64,000 bases of DNA, from assembly GCA_964016885.1 (NCBI GenBank), contig OZ024763.1, forward strand, positions 27,962,001 to 28,026,000, read 5' to 3'. The DNA is from Eledone cirrhosa (lineage: Eukaryota). The notes under the pieces were generated by a model. It made no database searches and was not told the origin of the DNA. It saw only the letters and a program-made list of their open reading frames with translations. Each line of letters starts with the position of its first letter. Position 1 is the first letter of the stretch. This document shows, one piece after another, positions 56,367 through 64,000 of the stretch. The translations under genes were made by a program, and so were the position numbers.

Positions 56367-56478
56367 CTTCTCAAAAGAATAATGATCATTATTATCGCTA
56401 TAGCCATACAGAGAATGACGGCGACAATGGACCCTGCTATAATCCCGATTGGGGCATTATTGTACGGAGGTCGTAGCA
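56367..56478 (-). CDS. Eph: Eph receptor exon: transmembrane helix (LRPPYNNAPIGIIAGSIVAVILCMAIAIIMIIILLR)
   Basis: Acceptor ctttcttgtag, donor GTGAGT, 112 nt, phase 1 to 2. Long hydrophobic stretch followed by RR stop-transfer residues. Confidence 0.92.
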
Positions 56479-56619
56479 CTACAAGAAAGAGAAAGAGCGA
56501 GAGAGATTATATAACAATTCAGATTTCATAGGCCTTACATTATATTGTATTGAAACACGTGTTAAAACTACCATAATTCTTAATAAATGAAATATTGAAC
56601 ATCAATATTTTCAACTCAC

Positions 56620-57178
56620 TGATTTGCTCAAGGAGACAATGCACTGGAGGAGCATGAAATAAAGTGTCTTGTTGAAGGATACAATGGGCTGGAGCAGTAT
56701 GAAATGAAGTGTCTTGCTCAAGGACAGTGGACTAGAGCAATGTGAAATAATGTGTTTTGCTCAAGGACACAATGGACTAGAGCAATGTGAAATAATGTGT
56801 TTTGCTCAAGGACACAATGGACTAGAGCAATGTGAAATAATGTGTTTTGCTCAAGGACACAATGGACTAGAGCAATGTGAAATAATGTGTTTTGCTCAAG
56901 GACACAATGGACTAGAGCAATGTGAAATAATGTGTCTTACTCAAAAACACAATGGACTGGAGCAATGTGAAATAATGTGTCTTGCTGAAGGACACGGTGG
57001 ACTGGAGCAACATGAAATAAAGTCTCTTGCTCAATGACACAATGGACTGGAGCAACATGAAATAAAGTGTCTTGCTCAAGGACACAATGTATCATCTGTT
57101 CTGGGAATTGAACTCATCAGTTTACAAACTTACAAACATCGACTGAGCCCTCTAACTATTAAGTCCTTGAGCCTTCAC
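56620..57178 (-). repeat. SINE B relative whose central domain is amplified as a 42-bp minisatellite (~11 units)
   Basis: GGACTAGAGCAATGTGAAATAATGTGTTTTGCTCAAGGACACAAT repeats followed by the tRNA-like head. Confidence 0.82.
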
Positions 57179-57227
57179 TAAAAGCAGAAGCAGGGTTTAA
57201 AGAAAAAAAGGAAATGTATATACTTAC

Positions 57228-57300
57228 TGCTGAAAGTATGTGTTGAAACTGTATAGAGGTCACTGAAATGACCCCATCCTTTTTCACTTTTGCCACGCAC
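57228..57300 (-). CDS. Eph: Eph receptor exon: C-terminal part of the membrane-proximal fibronectin type III domain (VRGKSEKGWGHFSDLYTVSTHTFS)
   Basis: Acceptor ttccctttag, donor GTAAGT, 73 nt, phase 0 to 1. Resembles the Eph FN3 motif VRAxxxxGxGxFS and joins the TM exon in frame. Upstream exons were not found in the window. Confidence 0.88.
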
Positions 57301-58515
57301 CTAAAGGGAAGAGAAAAAAGGGGAAATAAAGGGTTAAGTTCTGAGTGAATAAGAGATATAACAGTTGAAAATACTAAAAAAAAATTCCATCAGGAAGTGC
57401 TCAATATGTTAGAAAGGGGTCGGCAGAAATTCCAAAAATTCCTACTTACATAATCCCTGCAAATACCACGGGACAACTCTCTCTCTCTATATATATATAT
57501 ATACATATATACAGGGGTTACATTCCCAGAGCACCCGCGAAGAGCGAAAAACCACAAATATTGGACACAAATATATATATATATATATATATAGAGAAAT
57601 TACATGAATCAAAGTTCTGTTTAAATCATTTATTTGCTTACAATTGTTTCTTCCAAACCGAGGTTTGGAGTCTTCGGAGCAATTTTTCAGTGATTTTTTA
57701 CATACTTGACCTCCTTTTCAACACAAGAGACATATAGAAACATATGTATATATTGATGCACAGTGGGTTGACATCCATTATAATAATATAGCATGGCAAT
57801 TTACATACAAAGATTACAGTCATATTAAATGACAAAATTATATATATATATATAAATAATAGAAAGTGAGGTTTTTTTTACAAAATGAAAAAAAAACGGT
57901 GTCCTACACGAGAAGAAAGTATCAGGAAAAAAGATGAACTCGAAAATGCAACTGGAGTCTTTTTTTATAAAAATATATATTTATTTGGTTCCTTTACCAG
58001 TTTCGCAGTTCTTCTGCTTTTCAAAAGTAGAGTTGAGATGGAGGGTCTGTGGTTTTTCTCACATGAGAAAACCACAAACCCTCCATACATATATATAATT
58101 GTTTCTACTATTGGCACAAGGCCAGCAATTACCCAGTACATTACTGGTACTTTATTTTATCGACCCCGTAAGGATGAAAGGCAAAGTTAACCTCGACAGG
58201 ATTTGAACTCAGAATGGCAAGTGCCATAACTTCTATGCGTCAAAGCATGGCGTCCGACTCTCTACCGATACTGCCAATTCACCAGGAAGTGAGGTAAGGA
58301 ACCAGGTGGACCATAACGCACCAGAGTACTCAATACTTAAGGTAGTAGAGTGGGTAATAGGAAAATGTTCAATACCCCGACGGCAGAGATCTAGCCATTT
58401 AGACGGAGGTCCAGAAATAGCCGGCAAAACGGCTTGAGCTCTGCCGTTGGGGTCTTCAACATTTTCTGATATATATATATATATATAATTTGGAAACTCT
58501 GCTTCGTTGGAATCG

Positions 58516-58612
58516 AGACATATCCAAGGATCTTGCGATTTCAGAGTCAGGTTTGATCATTGCATCGATCGTGCCTTGAGCTGGTCGCCAGAGAAACGAT
58601 TGTAATATGTCT
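58516..58612 (+). ncRNA. Degenerate hammerhead motif related to the 30.8 kb family
   Basis: Stem I AGACATAT/ATATGTCT perfect, core decayed to CCAAGGA, stem II TCTTGCGA/TCGCCAGA, then GAAA-CGATTG-TA. Confidence 0.5.
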
Positions 58613-59631
58613 AATAAATCTTATTCGTTGCACCACTGATTCTCCGTTTCTTATGTGATATATATCATCATCATTTACATCCACTTTTCCCTGCTTGTAA
58701 GGGTGAGACGGGAACTGATTTTGGCTTGATTTCTACAGCTGGATGCCCTTCCTATCACCAACCTCATTTACAGTGAGTGCTCGGTGCTTTTTTTTTTTTT
58801 CCGTGGCACCTACACGTCCACTTTATAGTGTGGGCTGGGTGCTTATTTTTGCCGTGGCGCCTCCACGACCACTTTGCAGTGGAATGATAGGGACCCCAGT
58901 CCTATCATCTCATTTCTACAGCTGAGTAAACTGGAGCAATGTGAAATAAAGGGTCTTGCTCAAGGACACAACACATCACCCGGTCTGAGAATTGAACTCA
59001 CAACCTTTCGATTGCAAGGCCAATGCTCTAACCACTAAGCCATGTGCCTCCATATATATAGATGTTCATAAAAGATCAGAGGCCATATTCAGTTGATTCA
59101 GGTTTATTTAAAACTCTGTTATACATATTTCACCACAATTTTGGACCCGAGAGTATGTTTCAGTGAGGTTTTTGCTGGAACATTCCATCAGGATTAAATC
59201 ATACTCTTGGTGAATATGACCTTCATGTCATGTTAACTACTTAAATTTGAAATGTAGCTGTCCCAAAGTAAATGACTACAATACTAGTCAATTATGATAA
59301 ATAATAAATAATAGATGAAAACATCTTGTAGAAATATCTCTGGAGACCATGACAGATTCCTCTCTCCCTCGCTCCCTTTTTGTCTCTTTCTCCCTCTCTC
59401 CCTTTTTGTCTCTTTCCCCCTCTCTCCCTTTTTGTCTCTTTCTCCCTCTTTCCCTCTCTCTCTCTTTCATCATTTCCCTCTCACTCCTTCTCTGCCTCCT
59501 ACTCTCTTTGTTTCACACAAACTGCTTCTATATATATAAACATATATATATATATATATATATATGGTTATTTTTCTTCATAAGCATAAAAGAGATAGAA
59601 AGAGAGACAGACTAGGGGGAAAGAAAGAATG

Positions 59632-59726
<95 letters not shown>

Positions 59727-59807
59727 ATGCAGAAAGGGGCAAGAAAATATCAGAGACAGTGCTGGGGAAGGAATGGAGGAGGGTGAGAAATGAGAAAAAT
59801 GAAAGTG

Positions 59808-59839
<32 letters not shown>

Positions 59840-60000
59840 CAAATAGGTGGAGGAGAGAGAGAGAGGAGAGAGAAAGAGAGTAGACTTTTCTAGGTCAACA
59901 TAGATTGATGTGTCTTTGACAATGTCAAATGTCAAGAGACAGACAGACAGATAGATAGATAGATAGATAGATATATTTCTTTATTAGCCACAAGATAGAT

Positions 60001-60032
<32 letters not shown>

Positions 60033-60044
60033 TGATGTGTATGA

Positions 60045-60114
<70 letters not shown>

Positions 60115-60377
60115 AGAGAGCGAGAGAGAGATCATCTATATATCAATATGTGTGTATAAGTGTAAAAGAGAAACTGGTTGTAGATGGATAAAGAGAGAGG
60201 GTATGTGAGTGAGTGAGAGAGAGGGGGGGGGGGGGGGTTGAGAGAGAGTGAGAAAGACAAAGGGAGCTAGACAGACAGACAAGATATTCCATAGATTACA
60301 GTATTTACCATGTATTTGTAGAATCAACGCCATCATCATCAACACCATAACCAACATTTCCACTCCACATAATTGGG

Positions 60378-60417
<40 letters not shown>

Positions 60418-60679
60418 CTAAAGTTTCTCCCTTCCCCTCCCCACCCCAACTCTTCGCTATATTCTACTACCAGCCACTACCCCCCCCCCCCCTTTCCCAA
60501 TCCTCATAACTACTGAAATATATAAAGCCATTAGTCATAGCATTCAAACTTCCCTCTTACCTACATATCTGTATTTCATTCATTTTACGTCCGCTTTTTC
60601 CCTGCTTGCAAGGGTGGGACGGGAACTGATTCTGGCTTGGTTTCTACAGCTGGATGCCCTTCCTAACACCAACCTCATT

Positions 60680-61275
60680 TACAGTGAATGCTGGGTGCTT
60701 TTTTGCCGTCGCACATCCACGACCACTTTACAGTGAGTGCTGGGTGCTTTTTTGCCGTGGCGCCTCCACGACCACTTTACAGTGAGTGCTGGGTGCTTTT
60801 TTGCCGTGGCGCCTCCACCACCACTTTACAGTGAGTGCTGGGTGCTTTTTTTCCATGGCACATCCACGACCACTTTACAGTGAGTGCTGGGTGCTTTTTT
60901 GCCGTGGCGCCTCCACCACCACTTTACAGTGAGTGCTGGGTGCTTTTTTTCCATGGCACATCCACGACCACTTTACAGTGAGTGCTGGGTGCTTTTTTGC
61001 CGTGGTGCCTCCACCACCACTTTACAGTGAGTGCTGGGTGCTTTTTTTCCATGGCACATCCACGACCACTTTACAGTGAGTGCTGGGTGCTTTTTTGCCG
61101 TGGTGCCTCCACCACCACTTTACAGTGAGTGCTGGGTGCTTTTTTTCCATGGCACATCCACGACCACTTTACAGTGAGTGCTGGGTGCTTTTTTTCCATG
61201 GCACATCCACGACCACTTTACAGTGAGTGGTGGGAGCTTTTTTGCCGTGGCACCTCCACGACCACTTTACAGTGG
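60680..61275. repeat. 46-47-bp minisatellite (~12 units) inside a family B SINE
   Basis: CCACTTTACAGTGAGTGCTGGGTGCTTTTTT repeats with two alternating variants. Confidence 0.9.
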
Positions 61276-61433
61276 AATGATAGGGACCCCAGTCCCTATG
61301 ATCTCATTTCTAAACTGGAGCAATGTGAAATAAAGTGTCTTGCTCAAGGAAACAACACATCACCCGGTCTGAGAATTGAACTCACAACCTTTCGATTGCA
61401 AGGCCAATGCTCTAATCACTAAGCCATGTGCCT

Positions 61434-61489
<56 letters not shown>

Positions 61490-61792
61490 GTGTGTGTGTG
61501 GGTGTGTGTGTATCATCATCATCATCATCATCATCCTCGTTTAACGTCCACTTTCCACGCTAGCATGTGTTAGACGGGAGTTGTCCCACTTGAGGCAAGG
61601 TTGGTCAGGTGACCGTGTCTCGCTCGTATAGGACTGTCTGGCAGGTTTTCTACGGCTGGATGCCCTTCCTAATACCAACCACATTTACAGTGTGGAACTG
61701 GGAACTTTTTACCGTGTTACCTACACGGCCACATTACAGCGTGGACTGTGTGTGTTCTTTCTCGTGACACCTACTACACCTACATATATATG

Positions 61793-61823
<31 letters not shown>

Positions 61824-62470
61824 ATATGAATTTGAAAAAAAAAGTGTCCCGCGAGGCTAAAAATCATACAAAATGTATAACAAAATTTAGGCGAAGACAA
61901 GGGAAAAATATGAACGAAATAACACAGATAGTCTCATTTCATCTGTCGATTTCTGGAGATATGTTTTTTGTTGGTACACACACACACACACACACGCACA
62001 CACACGCACACACACACACACACACATATTTGTTAAGTATTTCTGAAGAAAAAGGAAAGGAAAAAGAGTGCTCTATGTATAAAACAGAGCTATTTAGTGA
62101 TGAGCGGACAAGACATATTTTAACATTGTCTAGGGCCCTGAAACCTTTGGTAATGGATTAGTTATATATTGTGTTGTTTACTCTCTAATTAAATATATAT
62201 ATATATGTGGGTAGGGGGGGGGGTGTAAAAGGTAAACAGAAATAACAACAAAATCGGTACAGTATATGGAAGGAATATATTAGGTTAACACTTGAAATAG
62301 CAGGAAAAGAGCGCTATTGCTGGTAGTCATTTTCAGCTGAGTATACTGGACAATGTGGAATGAATGTCTGGTGTAACCCATGCAAAAATGGAAAATAGAT
62401 GTTAAACTGTGATGAAGGTAAGACAGTGTCTTTCATCAGAAATATGCTGAACAAAAAGGCTAAGAAAAAG

Positions 62471-62507
<37 letters not shown>

Positions 62508-63344
62508 TAGTGAAATGGAAGGGTAACTTATAAAATCTGGTCCCTACATGGCCCCTATAATATTGCCCACCACCCCCTCCACTATCTAAAGAAAGCCAAA
62601 GCAAAGACAAAAAAATACATAGAAATCCTTTTTTTCTTTTTTCATAGAATGCCTTTGATTACAGGGACTTGCCCTGCTGACTCACTCAGACTAAAGATTT
62701 GGGGCTAAATGCCAAACACAAAAATCAGGGGGAAGTTTACCTTTTGGGGGGGGGGGGGGGGTTAAGTAAGAAAATAGCTTATTTTCCACATTCTGTCTGA
62801 AGTATGTCAAGGTTAAGTATCATAAAGGAAGAAGGGAAAGAAGGAGAGAGACAGAGAGAGAGAGAGAAGAGAGAGAAAGAGAGAAACTAAGAAACAGAGA
62901 GAAACTGGAAGAGAGAGACTAAAAGAGTAAGGGACAATGTGGGCATGAGGGAACAAGAGAAAGTGAGAGACAGAGACTAAAAGAAAGAGGGGTGGAGGGG
63001 ATAGAGAGACTGAGACAGACAGAGAGAGAGCAAGAAGCTAGGAGAGAGAGACAGAGAGAAAGATACTGAGAGAAAGAGCGAGGGACAATGTGGGTATGAG
63101 AGAACAAGAGAAAGAGAGAGACAGAGACTAAAAGAAAGAGAGAGGTGGGATATAGAGAGGGGGGTATATACTATTATATTTTCATGGTAAACACTTTATC
63201 TCACAATTATCTCACATAATATCGAATGTATGAGATTTTGATATTTACTTTGAGAACAATACCTTCACATCAGTATGAGCAGCAGATTACAGCCGGTTTG
63301 AACAGAAAGAGGTGAGAGAATTCTGGCCAGATATGGCTGGTCTA

Positions 63345-63692
63345 ATCATCATCATCATCATCATCATCATTTTACGTCCGCTTTTCCCTGCTTGCAAGGG
63401 TGGGACGGGAACTGATTTTGGCTTGCTTTCTACAGCTGGATGCCCTTCCTAACACCAACCTCATTTACAGTGAGTGCTGGGTGCTTTTTTGCCGTGGCAC
63501 CTACACGACCACTTTGCAGTGGAATGATATGGGCCCCAGTCCCTATCATCTCATTTCTACAGCTGAGTAAACTGGAGCAATGTGAAATAAAGTGTCTTGC
63601 TCAAGGAAACAACACATCACCCGGTCTGAGAATTGAACTCACAACCTTTCGATTGCAAGGCCAATGCTCTAACCACTAAGCCATGTGCCTCC
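63345..63692 (-). mobile_element. tRNA-derived SINE family B with (ATG)n tail, representative copy. Others at ~1560-1790, 3410-3580, 11105-11560, 16505-16830, 18690-19200, 55770-56113, 58665-59051, 60575-61435
   Basis: Head GGAGGCACATGGCTTAGTGGTTAGAGCATTGGCCTTGCAATCGAAAGGTTGTGAGTTCAATTC, central CCTTGAGCAAGACACTTTA motif, and a microsatellite tail. Confidence 0.85.
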
Positions 63693-64000
63693 TTTATCAT
63701 TTACATTACTTTATATATACTATTATAGGGCGGTGGATTGGCAGTATCGGTAGAGGGTCGGACGCCATGCTTTCCAGCATAAAGTACCAGTAATGTACTG
63801 GGGTAATTGCTGGCCTTGTGCCAAAAGTAGAAACAATTATTAAAGCTATCTTTATCATCATCATCATTGTCACAAGTTCGATAAAATAAAATACCGTTAA
63901 TATATTGAGGTTGATTTAATCAACTTTCGCCTTCTACCAAAAAAAAAAAAAAAAAAAATTGTTGGTCTTGTGCCTAAATCAGAAAACATTACTGTTATCA

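Noticed and set aside
56714-57037. ORF with repeating GLEQCEIMCFAQGHN
   Set aside because: Translation of a 42-bp SINE-derived minisatellite lying antisense in an Eph intron.
60680-61275. Regular 46-47-bp repeats superficially like a CRISPR array
   Set aside because: The intervening parts are near-identical variants rather than unique spacers. It sits inside a SINE in a eukaryotic genome with no cas genes.
63620-63692. tRNA-Ala(TGC)-like sequence on the minus strand
   Set aside because: It is the head of a multi-copy SINE, continuous with the SINE body and lacking a proper acceptor stem.

Overview
AT-rich, microsatellite- and SINE-saturated animal genomic DNA. The repeat families look like those of an octopod cephalopod (inference). 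The only protein-coding gene I can support is an Eph receptor tyrosine kinase on the minus strand, seen as five phase-compatible GT-AG exons: end of FN3 57228-57300, TM 56367-56478, juxtamembrane 53445-53512 and 2839-2982, kinase N-lobe 553-738. Its ~50.5 kb juxtamembrane intron holds several frame-preserving candidate microexons and a possible kinase-less terminal exon. Almost all ORFs in the supplied track are microsatellite artefacts. The most striking unexplained structure is a set of about ten fold-back elements at (TA)n tracts, from several unrelated sequence families, mostly sharing one design: a long near-perfect inverted repeat plus an unpaired tail. Four of these families carry recognisable type I hammerhead ribozyme motifs with palindromic stem III, three of them with a very long stem II. 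The motifs point outward from the palindrome centre, as expected for Penelope-like/retrozyme-type insertions. Also present: an internally deleted mariner, a non-autonomous Helitron, hAT- and piggyBac-like MITEs, RTE and CRE-like LINE remnants, a possible HDV-like ribozyme remnant, and several TE-derived tandem arrays. All calls were made by eye; repeat boundaries are approximate.
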